Assembly (NCBI GenBank): GCA_934447715.1
Contig: CAKSER010000003.1
Coordinates: 42,307-106,306 of the forward strand
DNA: 64,000 bases
Direction: 5' to 3'
Source: an uncultured Eubacteriales bacterium
Lineage (GTDB): Bacteria > Bacillota > Clostridia > Oscillospirales > CAG-272
The notes under the pieces are model-generated. The model searched no databases and was not told the origin of the DNA. It saw only the letters and a list, made by a program, of their open reading frames with translations. Below are positions 43,812-53,124 of this stretch, one piece after another. The position numbers and the translations under genes were made by a program. How positions within the stretch are numbered: position 1 is the stretch's first letter; the number at the start of each line of letters is the position of its first letter.

Positions 43812-45569
43812 TCAACATCTGCGCAGCAAAGCAGCAAGCTTTTCGTCGGCGTCGACATAGGCTGAATAGTTTGTCTGATAGGTGACAAAGCCGGGCTTGG
43901 AGGCAGGGGGCTTTTTGATATTTTTTATCCTCGTATAGTCCACCTCGACCTTTTGACCCCTTTTTGCCTTTGAATATACGGCAGCGACAGTTGCCGCCTC
44001 GGTAAAGTCCTTTGCATCCGGCTCCTCTCCGTTGCAGAACAGTACAACATGTGAGCCGGGAATGCCCTTTACATGGAACCACAGATCGCCCTTTGAGGCG
44101 AGCTTGAAGGTCAGCTCATCGTTTTGGCTGTTGTTCTTTCCGCAAAGGAGACGGTATCCTCCGGAGGTGACGAATTCCATCGGCTTGGATTTCGGCATTT
44201 TTTTCTGCTCGGAATATGACTTCATTTTCGATGCATATCCGGAGGTGTAAAGCTCTTTTCTTATCTCCGCAAGGTCCGCCTCGGTTTCCGCCTTTGAAAG
44301 CGAATCGAAAACCGTGTCGATATAGTTAAGCTCTGCTTTTGCAAGCTCCAGCTGGCAGGAAAGCGCCGCCTCCGCCGATTTGCTCTTGTTGTATTTTTTA
44401 AAATACTGCTGTGCATTCTGCGCCGGGGTCAGCCTTGCGTCAAGCTCGATTTTTACCGTCTCCATGTCCTCGGAATAGTAATTTACAAGCTCTGCTGTCC
44501 TGTCGCCCTGCTTCAGGCGATAGAGATTTGCGGTGATAAGCTCGCCGATCTGCTTGAAGCGATCCTTTTTTTTGCAGCTTTCAAGATCCGCCGTCTGAAT
44601 GGCGATCTTCTTTTTGATTCTCGTTTCGGCATTTGTAAGCAGCTTAAGAATATCGGAAGAACGCTGATGAATCCGCTCTGCGGCACTCTTTTTTGAAAAA
44701 TAGCTGTCGATAAGCTCGGAAAAGCTCGAGAGGACAGAAGTGTCCGCTTCGTTTTCGTACTGACCGATCGGAATAAAGCTGTATTCGATCGGTTTTCCGC
44801 TTTTGTCGGTTACAAGAACCGGGGTAAAGCGCTTTTCCTTTATAACCGCGCAAAGCTTAGAAAATTCTCCCCAAAGATCCGAGTCTCCCGACCTCTCCGA
44901 TCTTTCCGATCTGTAGGCAAGCTCCCTTGCAACAAGAGGAGAGATTCCGCAGTAGTTTGACATAATGAATCTATCGTCCGGAAGCTCGGATGCGGCTCTT
45001 TTGCTTTTAAAGCCCTGTTCGTTTTCTTCAAACGGAGAAATTTTCCCCTCCTGCACAGGGGGGAGCTCGTATTTCATGCCGGGAAGCAGCTGCCTTTTCT
45101 GGCTCAACGAAAAATCGACAGGCTTAAGCACAGCCGTGATCCTGTGATCCGCGTCGCAGAATATCAGGTTGCTGCATTTTGCCATTATTTCGATAATGAT
45201 ATATTTTTTTGTCTCAAAGCCCATCTCGTCGTGGGTGTCAAATTCGAATTCCGCGGCTCTTTCAAAGCCGAGCTGCCTTACGCCCGAAAGCCTTGCCGAT
45301 CCGAGATGCTTCCTTAAAAGCATGCAGAACATCGGGGCAGTCACCGGATTTTCCGGATTTGCCGATGTAAGACATATTCTCGGATTCGACGCGCCGGCAT
45401 CAAGCAGAAGCCGAACGCTTTCCCTTTGCCCACCGTCATTTTGCCGGCACTTCAGGGTAAATATTATCATATCTCTTGACGGCTGATATATCTTCTCGAT
45501 TCTTGCTCCCGCAAGTCTGCTTTCAAGCTCGTTTGTGACCGCCGCCATAAGACCAGCATCAAATGCCAT
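43812..45569 (-). CDS. rqcH: ribosome quality-control protein RqcH (NFACT family, FbpA-like)
   Basis: 585 aa. NFACT-N start MAFDAGLMAAVTNEL...RIEKIYQP. C-terminal NFACT-R segment DLWFHVKGIPGSHVVL. Confidence 0.85.
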   Translation of the reverse strand: MAFDAGLMAAVTNELESRLAGARIEKIYQPSRDMIIFTLKCRQNDGGQRESVRLLLDAGASNPRICLTSANPENPVTAPMFCMLLRKHLGSARLSGVRQLGFERAAEFEFDTHDEMGFETKKYIIIEIMAKCSNLIFCDADHRITAVLKPVDFSLSQKRQLLPGMKYELPPVQEGKISPFEENEQGFKSKRAASELPDDRFIMSNYCGISPLVARELAYRSERSERSGDSDLWGEFSKLCAVIKEKRFTPVLVTDKSGKPIEYSFIPIGQYENEADTSVLSSFSELIDSYFSKKSAAERIHQRSSDILKLLTNAETRIKKKIAIQTADLESCKKKDRFKQIGELITANLYRLKQGDRTAELVNYYSEDMETVKIELDARLTPAQNAQQYFKKYNKSKSAEAALSCQLELAKAELNYIDTVFDSLSKAETEADLAEIRKELYTSGYASKMKSYSEQKKMPKSKPMEFVTSGGYRLLCGKNNSQNDELTFKLASKGDLWFHVKGIPGSHVVLFCNGEEPDAKDFTEAATVAAVYSKAKRGQKVEVDYTRIKNIKKPPASKPGFVTYQTNYSAYVDADEKLAALLRRC

Positions 45570-45629
45570 TTTCTTTCCTCATAAATTAAGATAAATTAAG
45601 TTAAACTGTGTCAAAAATATGTAAAGGTA

Positions 45630-45669
45630 TCAAAAGGATATCAAAAACCCTTTTGGTATCCGCTTTTTT
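45630..45669 (-). terminator. intrinsic terminator after the GNAT gene
   Basis: Minus strand: GGATACCAAAA-gggt-TTTTGATATCC followed by TTTTGA. Confidence 0.5.
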
Positions 45670-45686
45670 ATCCTTGCCGGGCTTTA

Positions 45687-46391
45687 TTATAAAGTGTCCG
45701 GCTGCTGTTTGTACATTGCAAGCTGAAATTCATAACCGTATCTTGAAAATCCGACCGCCTCCGCGATTTTTAAAGACGGAATGTTTGATGACTGTGCAAT
45801 ATAAATAACGCTCTTTTTTAAGCCGAGCAGGGCTTTGCAAAGAGCTGCGGTATTCGATTTTCCGTATCCTTTTCCAGTAAAGCTATCGGCGGTTTCAACC
45901 CCGACGTCGGCTGTGCCGCCGTCGTCCTCTCCGAAGCGCGGATTTTCAAATGCGACCGAAACGATCCTTCCGTTTTCGACCGTGCCGAAGATCAAAGCCC
46001 CGTCGTCGAGCATGTCCGGCTCGGTGTCGGTTAGGTTTTCATAGACGCTTTCCTTGGTTATCTGCACTGTCTGATCTGTAATCAGACCTTCGCAAAGGTC
46101 ATTTGCGCTGTCAAGACGGTAGATGTATGAAAAGTCGCAGAAATGCTCGCTGTCCGGAAGATATCCATTAAGGGTAGGGCATTCTGACGCTCTTTTTGTT
46201 ATAAGCGAAAGGGTTTCCCTTTCGAAAAGCCGGTCATGCGGCAGCCTGTCGAGCATGAGAGCAAGATCCTTTAATTCCGGATAACAGGTGATTTCCGGCT
46301 CCCTGCCCGAAAGCCTTGTTATACCGATCGGAATGATCAGGTCAAGCCGGTTTAAAAGAGGGAAATTGTCGTCGATTGTTATCATATGCAT
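45687..46391 (-). CDS. GNAT family N-acetyltransferase
   Basis: C-terminal GKGYGKSNTAALCKAL...AQSSNIPSLKIAEAVGF. Start uncertain (ATG 46391 or 46385). The track start at 46412 runs into the upstream terminator U-tract. Confidence 0.65.
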   Translation of the reverse strand: MHMITIDDNFPLLNRLDLIIPIGITRLSGREPEITCYPELKDLALMLDRLPHDRLFERETLSLITKRASECPTLNGYLPDSEHFCDFSYIYRLDSANDLCEGLITDQTVQITKESVYENLTDTEPDMLDDGALIFGTVENGRIVSVAFENPRFGEDDGGTADVGVETADSFTGKGYGKSNTAALCKALLGLKKSVIYIAQSSNIPSLKIAEAVGFSRYGYEFQLAMYKQQPDTL

Positions 46392-46413
46392 CACCAAATA
46401 AGAAAGTAACAAA

Positions 46414-46460
46414 TAAAAAAAGAAGATTAAAGGGGATGCGCAAGAAACGACATCCCCTTG
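46414..46460 (-). terminator. intrinsic terminator after the acidic Cys-rich protein gene
   Basis: Minus strand: AAGGGGATG...CATCCCCTT followed by TAATCTTCTTTTTTT. Confidence 0.65.
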
Positions 46461-46544
46461 TAGCCATTATTAAGGTCTTTGCGATTATTTCTCGCCGAGT
46501 TCATTCACGCTCGGCTCACTCACGCTCGGTTCGTTCGCGCCGGG

Positions 46545-46880
46545 TTATTCCTCGTCGGGATCCTCGGTTTCGTCGCACTCGCAAAGAGGGCATTCATCGC
46601 AGCTGTCCTCGTCGCAGTAGTCGCAGGCGTCGAAATCATCGTCGTCCTCGCACTCGTCATATCCGAAAACCTCGTCCTCAAGCTCCTGAAGGCTTTCGTC
46701 GATTTCATAGAGGCAGTCGTCAACATAAGCGGATTCCTCGTGGAGATCCTCAACATCCGAGGCGAGATCCGAAAGCAGATCGGCCATAGCCTTAAGTATC
46801 TTTGTTTCCGGCTTGTTTTCGTCAAGGCTGAGACCTTCCATCAGACCGAGAAGATAAGAAGCTTTTTCGTTGATAGTCAT
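46545..46880 (-). CDS. small acidic protein with a Cys/Asp/Glu-rich C-terminus (possibly the family PGAP names after C. difficile CD1247)
   Basis: 111 aa. Helical N-terminus MTINEKASYLLGLMEGL. C-terminus FDACDYCDEDSCDECPLCECDE. Lies directly downstream of efp. The family name is from memory only. Confidence 0.45.
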   Translation of the reverse strand: MTINEKASYLLGLMEGLSLDENKPETKILKAMADLLSDLASDVEDLHEESAYVDDCLYEIDESLQELEDEVFGYDECEDDDDFDACDYCDEDSCDECPLCECDETEDPDEE

Positions 46881-46936
46881 AATAAGACCCTACCTTTCTT
46901 TTGTTTGTATGAATTCCTTTGGCTTTACTTTCTGAC

Positions 46937-47494
46937 TTATGCTCTTTCGAGGTACTCTCCGGTGCGTGTGTCGATGCGGATTACGGTACCGATATCGATA
47001 AACAGCGGAACCTTGATTACAGCGCCTGTCTCGAGAGTTGCGGGCTTTGTAGCGCCTGTTGCGGTATCACCCTTGAATCCCGGCTCTGTATCTGTAACCT
47101 CGAGCTCGACGAACATCGGCGGCTCAACTGCAAATACCTTTCCCTTGTAGGAGTTGATCTTGCAGGTCATGTTTTCCTTTACAAACTGGAAGTTGTCTCC
47201 GACAAGATTCTTGTTGAGGGGCATCTGCTCATAGGTCTCTGTGTCCATGAAGTAGAGAAGATCTCCGTCATCATAAAGATATTCCATCTCCTTGCGCTCG
47301 ATCTGAGCATCCTCGAACTTGTCTGTCGGGCTGAAGGTTTTCTCTATAACTGCTCCGGTAATGACGTTCTTGAGCTTTGTACGAACAAATGCAGCGCCTT
47401 TTCCGGGTTTAACATGCTGGAATTCGATAATCTGCATTACGTCTCCGTCCATGTCAAAGGTTTTGCCGTTTTTAAAATCACCGGCTGTAATCAT
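46937..47494 (-). CDS. efp: elongation factor P
   Basis: 185 aa. [19 protein letters not shown] loop. GGAGG SD present. Confidence 0.97.
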   Translation of the reverse strand: MITAGDFKNGKTFDMDGDVMQIIEFQHVKPGKGAAFVRTKLKNVITGAVIEKTFSPTDKFEDAQIERKEMEYLYDDGDLLYFMDTETYEQMPLNKNLVGDNFQFVKENMTCKINSYKGKVFAVEPPMFVELEVTDTEPGFKGDTATGATKPATLETGAVIKVPLFIDIGTVIRIDTRTGEYLERA

Positions 47495-47581
47495 CTTTGT
47501 GTTCCTCCGAATTTATGTTGAATAGTTTTTTGAAATCATCCTATGTACAGCTATAACTGTTCTGTACACATTACCTATAGC

Positions 47582-47611
47582 AGTATATCATGCAAAGAGG
47601 TGTCTTGTCAA
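47582..47611 (-). promoter_or_regulatory. sigma-A type promoter for efp
   Basis: TTGACA-18 nt-TATACT on the minus strand. Confidence 0.55.
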
Positions 47612-47735
47612 CAAGTGTTTGCAAAAAATGCCCGAAAAAAGTGTCGGAACCGACCTGTTTGCACGGTATGCCGGAAAAATAGCGGAAAAACGGACCGGAA
47701 GCTGCTTTGAAATGCTTTGAAAGATAAGGGAATTC

Positions 47736-48845
47736 TCAGCCTGCCGATACAGGAAGCGCAGCAGCAAGATAATCACATACAATACGCGCGATCCTTTCGG
47801 ACGTTCTGCCGTCTTTTAATGTTCCGCTGTCATTTTCTTCGAAAACAGCAGACCCTCCGTTTAAAAGAAGCGGAAGAACGGCTTCCTTTATCTTCCCCTT
47901 TTCAAGTCCGGAAAGAACGGCAAAAAGGAGCGGACGCTCGGTTCTCTTACGGAGGATGACTGCCGGAACCTTCAGCAGTGCCGCCTCCTCCTGAACGCCT
48001 CCGGAGTCGGTAAGAACCAGCTTTGATGAGCAAAGGAGGCTGTGAAAGCTGTCAACCGAGAGAGGAGGGATCAGCCTGACCTGATTACAGCCGTCAAAAA
48101 CCGATTCTGCCGCCTGCTTAAGTAACGGATTCGGGTGAACCGGAAAGACGGCAAAGCAGCCCTTGACCGATTCGACAGTTTCTCTTATTTCATAAAGAAT
48201 GTCGTAAAGCCGACCGGAATTAATCGTTTCTCTGCGGTGCAGGGTCAGCGTGACAGGAATTTCGGTTCCGTCAGGGAAAAATCCTTCGCTTTTTCCTCCC
48301 GGGAAGCGCAGAAGCGCATCCGCTACCGTGTTTCCGACAACAAAGATCTTGTTTTTGTCTGTTCCCTCGAATATCAGATTGCTTTTTTCCTTTTCGGACG
48401 GAGCAAAGCAGAGAGAGGAGATCATGTCGATTCCGCATCTGAAAAATTCCTCCGGAAACGGGTAAAGAGGGTCGCCGGTGCGCAGCCCCGCCTCGACATG
48501 CCCTATCGGAATGCCGTGAAAAAAGCAGGTGTGCGCTGCGGCAAATGCCGATGCGGTGTCCCCGTGAACTAAGACAAGCTCCGGCTTTTCAGCCGTTAAA
48601 ACTGGCAGGAGCCTTTCGGATATCCTGCAAAGAAGCTCCGGAAGGGTCTGCCCCTTTTCCATTACGTCAAGGTCGAAGTTATAGTCTGTTTCAAAGCTGT
48701 CGAGCACCCTTGGGCAAAGATCCTTATGCTGCCCCGTAAGACAGATTTTCAGGTCGATTTCCTTATATTTCTTAAGGGCAAGAGCAAGAGGGCACATTTT
48801 AATCGCCTCCGGTCTTGTCCCAAAGACAAGCATGACCTTTTTCAC
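47736..48845 (-). CDS. wecB: UDP-N-acetylglucosamine 2-epimerase (non-hydrolysing)
   Basis: Start set to GTG 48845 (VKKVMLVFGTRPEAIKM), after AAGGAG at 6 nt. HVEAGLRT and DSGGVQEEA motifs. Confidence 0.9.
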   Translation of the reverse strand: MKKVMLVFGTRPEAIKMCPLALALKKYKEIDLKICLTGQHKDLCPRVLDSFETDYNFDLDVMEKGQTLPELLCRISERLLPVLTAEKPELVLVHGDTASAFAAAHTCFFHGIPIGHVEAGLRTGDPLYPFPEEFFRCGIDMISSLCFAPSEKEKSNLIFEGTDKNKIFVVGNTVADALLRFPGGKSEGFFPDGTEIPVTLTLHRRETINSGRLYDILYEIRETVESVKGCFAVFPVHPNPLLKQAAESVFDGCNQVRLIPPLSVDSFHSLLCSSKLVLTDSGGVQEEAALLKVPAVILRKRTERPLLFAVLSGLEKGKIKEAVLPLLLNGGSAVFEENDSGTLKDGRTSERIARIVCDYLAAALPVSAG

Positions 48846-48875
48846 GTTAATCTCCTTTTTTGTGCTGCTTATCAA

Positions 48876-48901
48876 TCTTACATTATTATCTTACATTATT
48901 A
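48876..48901. repeat. perfect 13-nt tandem duplication TCTTACATTATTA x2
   Basis: 48876-48888 equals 48889-48901. Lies in the divergent wecB/recQ control region. Confidence 0.9.
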
Positions 48902-48914
48902 AATATAAGAAAGC

Positions 48915-48943
48915 TTGATTTTCTTTTCGAAATCCGATATACT
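48915..48943 (+). promoter_or_regulatory. sigma-A type promoter for recQ
   Basis: TTGATT-17 nt-TATACT. Confidence 0.5.
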
Positions 48944-49051
48944 TTATAGGGTATATTATAAGATACAAATTATATCCTTTATTATCGTACAATAAATCCG
49001 GAGATTTGTAAAGAAAAAACTGCCGCTTTTTGCGGTCGGAGCATAAATATA

Positions 49052-50938
49052 ATGGTTGATGAAAGAAAAGAAGAAAAAAACGGCAGGGTGTATGACGCCG
49101 ATAGGGTAAAGCATGTGTTGCTGAAAAAATATTGGGGTCACGACAGCTTTCGGGAGGGGCAGAAGGAGGTCATCGACGCAATTCTTGAGGGGAGAGATGT
49201 CCTTTGCATCATGCCGACAGGCGGAGGGAAATCCGTCTGCTACCAAATCCCGGCGATGATGGAAAAAGGGGTCACGCTGGTGGTTTCTCCGCTCATCTCG
49301 CTCATGAAGGACCAGGTCGGGGCGCTTGTCAGGATGGGTGTGCCGGCGGCGTTTTTAAACAGCTCGCTTACTCAAAAGCAGTATTATACCGCGCTCGAGC
49401 GTGCGGCGCTCGGGTGGTACAAGATTATCTATGTCGCCCCCGAAAGGCTTGCGACAGAGGAATTTGCCGCGGTTTGCTCATCTCTTCGGATATCTCTTAT
49501 CGCGGTTGACGAGGCACACTGCGTCTCACAGTGGGGACAGGATTTTCGGCCGGGGTATCTTAAAATTGCGGATTTTGTCGATTCGCTTTCGACACGTCCG
49601 ATAGTTGCCGCCTTTACCGCAACCGCAACAGAGGAGGTAAAGGAGGATATTTCCGAGCTTCTGCGCCTTGAAAGTCCGCACTGCATTACAACCGGCTTTG
49701 ACCGGGAAAATCTCTTCTTCTCGGTTCTTCGGACAAAGAATAAGTTTGACGAGCTGCTTTCCTTTATTCTTCAAAGAAAGGACAAAAGCGGAATTGTGTA
49801 CTGCGCCACAAGAAAGAACGTGGAGGAGGTATGCATCAAGCTGAACAACTGCAAAATAAACGCAATAAAATATCACGCTGGGCTTTCCGACGAGGAAAGA
49901 AGAAAAAATCAGGACGATTTTCTATATGACAGAAAGACCGTCATGGTTGCGACAAACGCATTCGGAATGGGAATAGACAAATCGAACGTGTCGTATGTTG
50001 TTCACTATAACATGCCGAAAAGCATGGAGGCGTACTATCAGGAAGCAGGAAGAGCCGGGAGAGACGGCAACACGGCGGAGTGTCTTTTGCTCTTTTCGGC
50101 GCAGGATGTGATAATCAACAGGTTTTTAATAGAGCATTCCGATCCGAATCCGCTGCTTGAGCCGGAAATGCAGGAGAGCCTGCGCGAAAAGGATTTCGAG
50201 CGGCTGAACCGGATGGAGGCATACTGCTTTACCGACGGCTGCTTAAGGGCCAATCTTCTTTCCTACTTCGGGGAGAGCGCAAAGGAGCACTGCGGCTTCT
50301 GCTCAAATTGCAGAGCGGAAAACGAGCTTGCCGATGTTACCGCTCTTTCAAGACATGTCCTTTCCTGTATTGCCGAGACCGGCGAGACCTTCGGGAAAAG
50401 GCAGATTGCTTCGATACTCTACGGCAGCCGCGACGAAAGGTCAAAAAGATATGAGGACTGTCAGTCTTACGGCTCGATGAGCAGCCTGAGCCAGAAAAGA
50501 ATTCTTGAGCTTATCGACAGGCTTATAGGCGGCGGATATATTTCGGTCTCAAGCGGAGAATATCCGATTCTGACGCTTTCCGCAGCCTCCGGCGACATTC
50601 TTTTTGACGGTAAAAGGGTGCTTATGCGCTTTTCGGCATCCGAAAAAGCACAGTCAAAGGAAAAAAAGGAAAAAGGAAGGCAGGAAGCCGACATTCAGGA
50701 AAATCCCGAGCTGTTTGCCGCTCTTAAGGAGCTGCGCCGCAGGCTCGGCGATGTCGAGGGAGTTCCTGCATACATAATCTTTACCGATGCGACATTAAAG
50801 GATATGGTAAAAAAGCAGCCGGAAAATGAAAAGGAGCTGCTCTCTGTTGTCGGCGTCGGGGAGGTCAAGCTTAAAAAGTACGGAAAGGCTTTTCTTTCGG
50901 AAATCAAGAAATTCCTGGATAGGGAAATGCCGGAATAG
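49052..50938 (+). CDS. recQ: ATP-dependent DNA helicase RecQ
   Basis: 628 aa. FREGQKEVI, PTGGGKS, DEAHCVSQWGQDFRP, a zinc-binding Cys cluster and a C-terminal HRDC-like region. Confidence 0.95.
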   Translation: MVDERKEEKNGRVYDADRVKHVLLKKYWGHDSFREGQKEVIDAILEGRDVLCIMPTGGGKSVCYQIPAMMEKGVTLVVSPLISLMKDQVGALVRMGVPAAFLNSSLTQKQYYTALERAALGWYKIIYVAPERLATEEFAAVCSSLRISLIAVDEAHCVSQWGQDFRPGYLKIADFVDSLSTRPIVAAFTATATEEVKEDISELLRLESPHCITTGFDRENLFFSVLRTKNKFDELLSFILQRKDKSGIVYCATRKNVEEVCIKLNNCKINAIKYHAGLSDEERRKNQDDFLYDRKTVMVATNAFGMGIDKSNVSYVVHYNMPKSMEAYYQEAGRAGRDGNTAECLLLFSAQDVIINRFLIEHSDPNPLLEPEMQESLREKDFERLNRMEAYCFTDGCLRANLLSYFGESAKEHCGFCSNCRAENELADVTALSRHVLSCIAETGETFGKRQIASILYGSRDERSKRYEDCQSYGSMSSLSQKRILELIDRLIGGGYISVSSGEYPILTLSAASGDILFDGKRVLMRFSASEKAQSKEKKEKGRQEADIQENPELFAALKELRRRLGDVEGVPAYIIFTDATLKDMVKKQPENEKELLSVVGVGEVKLKKYGKAFLSEIKKFLDREMPE

Positions 50939-51026
50939 TCAAAAAAATATAAAAAAATCGACATGTCGGGTTTTGCCGGCGCAAGGGAATTTTTATACTC
51001 CCCTGCGTCGGTTTTTCTTTTTTGAA

Positions 51027-51067
51027 AAAGCCCCGGCTCAGTCCGTGACGGGGTTTTTGCTTTTTGC
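51027..51067 (+). terminator. intrinsic terminator after recQ
   Basis: CCCCG-13 nt loop-CGGGG followed by TTTTTGCTTTTT. Confidence 0.55.
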
Positions 51068-51143
51068 ATATACTGTACAAACCGCAGATTTATCGGGAAA
51101 GAGCAAGCCGGATAAAAGAAGCCGGAAAAAAGCATCGGCAAAT

Positions 51144-51617
51144 GTGCCGAACGATAAACCCGAAAAGCAGCAAAACAGCAAACCGACAAATCAATATGAA
51201 AGGAATGAAGCAGAATTGGCAAACGACGATTTCGGATATTTGAGGATAAACGTCACAACTGCCGGAGGAGCGCTTCCGGTAGCGGGGGCGATGATTACGG
51301 TTAAAAGCACAGATGAAGGAGGCGGCGGAGTGATTGCCGTGATGTATACCGACAGGGCGGGCGTAAGCGAAAGAATCAGGCTTCCTGCTCCGAAAAAGAG
51401 CAACGCCTTCGAGCCCGGAGGTGAGGCGCCCTACACATTTTATAATATCGATACCGACAAGGAGGGCTACTACAGTACCTATAATATTTTTGTGCCGATC
51501 TATGCCGAGGTCACGGCGATCCAGCCGATCAATCTTATTCCTCTTGCAAGAGGTGTTGAATATGAGGGCAATGCAGAAGGGGGCGCAACAGAGCAAAATT
51601 CCGTGCCGAACCTTTAA
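51144..51617 (+). CDS. carboxypeptidase-regulatory-like beta-sandwich protein resembling the N-terminal pre/pro region of clostridial SleC
   Basis: GYLRINVTTAGGALPVAGAMITVKS...RIRLPAP...YNIDTDKEGYY. Start uncertain: GTG 51144 or TTG 51216. It must lie after the recQ terminator at 51027-51067, so the track start at 50826 is rejected. Confidence 0.5.
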   Translation: MPNDKPEKQQNSKPTNQYERNEAELANDDFGYLRINVTTAGGALPVAGAMITVKSTDEGGGGVIAVMYTDRAGVSERIRLPAPKKSNAFEPGGEAPYTFYNIDTDKEGYYSTYNIFVPIYAEVTAIQPINLIPLARGVEYEGNAEGGATEQNSVPNL

Positions 51618-51690
51618 GCTATATACAGCCGGCAGGAGTATTGCAATTAACCGATAATTTAAAATAAAAGCAGGAAGGGAGCAGAAATAT

Positions 51691-53124
51691 ATGGACGGAC
51701 AGCAGGCGGTCTATTTGCCTGTAATTCCGGAAACGGTGACCGTTCACCTGGGCGCACCGGACGCACAAGCGGAGAATGTCACGGTGAGCTTTCCGGATTA
51801 CATAAAAAACGTCGCATCAAGCGAGATATATCCGACCTGGCCGGAGGCGGCGCTTGTTGCGAATATCTATGCGCAGATATCATTTGCGCTCAACCGGATA
51901 TATACCGAATATTACAGATCAAGAGGCTATGATTTCGACATTACAAACTCAACTGCATACGACCAGGCATTTGTAAACGGAAGAAACTTTTTCGATACGA
52001 TCATATCGATCGTCGACAATATTTTCAACAGCTATATAAGAAGACGCGGCTACGTCGAGCCGCTTTTTGCACAGTACTGCAACGGAACGACGGTCACCTG
52101 CGACGGCCTTTCGCAGTGGGGAAGCGTCGACCTTGCAGAGCAGAATTATTTTGCATATGAAATTCTCACAAACTATTACGGAAACGATATCGAAATTGTC
52201 CGCAACGTTCCGATAGAGGGCGTTGCGCCGAGCTATCCGCAAAGGAGCCTTCAGTTCGGCTCGGGCGGAAACGCGGTTGCTATTGTCCAGACAAGGCTGA
52301 ACCGGATATCGACAAACTATCCGTCAATACCGAAAATTCCGACAGTTGATGGATATTTCGGGATCGAAACAAGAGACGCGGTGCTCGAATTCCAGAGAAT
52401 ATTCAATCTCGATGCCGACGGGGTTGTCGGAAGGGCGACCTGGTACAGGATAATCTTTATTTATAACGCTGTAAAACGGCTTAACGATCTTTCCTCCGAA
52501 GGACTTCGTATCGAGGAGATCACGGGTCAGTTCCCCGAGGTACTTGAGGAGGGTCAGAGAGGACCTTATATTTCACTTTTGCAGTATCAGCTTAACTATA
52601 TTGCAGAATACGAAAACCTGATCGAGCCTATCGCAGTCGACGGAATCTTCGGGCCGAAAACGGCGGCTGCGGTCGAGGCGTTTCAGAGAGCATACGGCAT
52701 CGAGCCTACCGGAGTGGTCGACGAGGCAACCTATGTCCGGCTTTTCGACGTGTATTATTCGATCATCAATTCGATTCCGGACACTCTGTTTGAAAACACG
52801 GCAAGGCCGTATCCCGGATTTATACTCAGCCTCGGAATATCAAACGAATATGTCGGCTATCTTCAGGAGTATCTTGACACGATATCGAACTCCTTTACGG
52901 ATGTGCCGAGGGTCGAGATAAACGGTGTGTTCGGGGTCGAAACAAGAGAGGCGGTGCTGGCGTTCCAGGAAATCTTCGGAATTACTCCGACCGGAACTGT
53001 TTCGCTCGGCACATGGACTGTGATTGCAAGTGTATATGACGACATCCGCTCGGGGGAATATACAGGCACGAATCAGTCCTCGGGAACAGAGCTTTATGAG
53101 GAAGGAGAAACGGCAAATGGATAA
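51691..53124 (+). CDS. SleC-like spore cortex-lytic enzyme catalytic region plus three PG_binding_1 repeats
   Basis: 477 aa. IPETVTVHLG...YIKNVASSEIYPTWPEAALVANIYAQISFALNRIYTEYYRSRGYDFDIT...AQYCNG follows the SleC core as I recall it. Three repeats of the LQxxLN...DGxFGxxTxxAVxxFQ type. GGAAGGGAG SD present. Confidence 0.65.
   Translation: MDGQQAVYLPVIPETVTVHLGAPDAQAENVTVSFPDYIKNVASSEIYPTWPEAALVANIYAQISFALNRIYTEYYRSRGYDFDITNSTAYDQAFVNGRNFFDTIISIVDNIFNSYIRRRGYVEPLFAQYCNGTTVTCDGLSQWGSVDLAEQNYFAYEILTNYYGNDIEIVRNVPIEGVAPSYPQRSLQFGSGGNAVAIVQTRLNRISTNYPSIPKIPTVDGYFGIETRDAVLEFQRIFNLDADGVVGRATWYRIIFIYNAVKRLNDLSSEGLRIEEITGQFPEVLEEGQRGPYISLLQYQLNYIAEYENLIEPIAVDGIFGPKTAAAVEAFQRAYGIEPTGVVDEATYVRLFDVYYSIINSIPDTLFENTARPYPGFILSLGISNEYVGYLQEYLDTISNSFTDVPRVEINGVFGVETREAVLAFQEIFGITPTGTVSLGTWTVIASVYDDIRSGEYTGTNQSSGTELYEEGETANG

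Noticed and set aside
43748-43888. 47-codon N-terminal extension of rimO in the track
   Set aside because: It overlaps the rqcH 3' end. The family-typical N-terminus (KIGFVSLGCPKNQ) begins right after the TTG at 43747.
50826-51143. Track start of the 263-aa ORF, overlapping recQ
   Set aside because: The extension overlaps the recQ 3' end and runs through the recQ terminator. The real gene must start after 51067.
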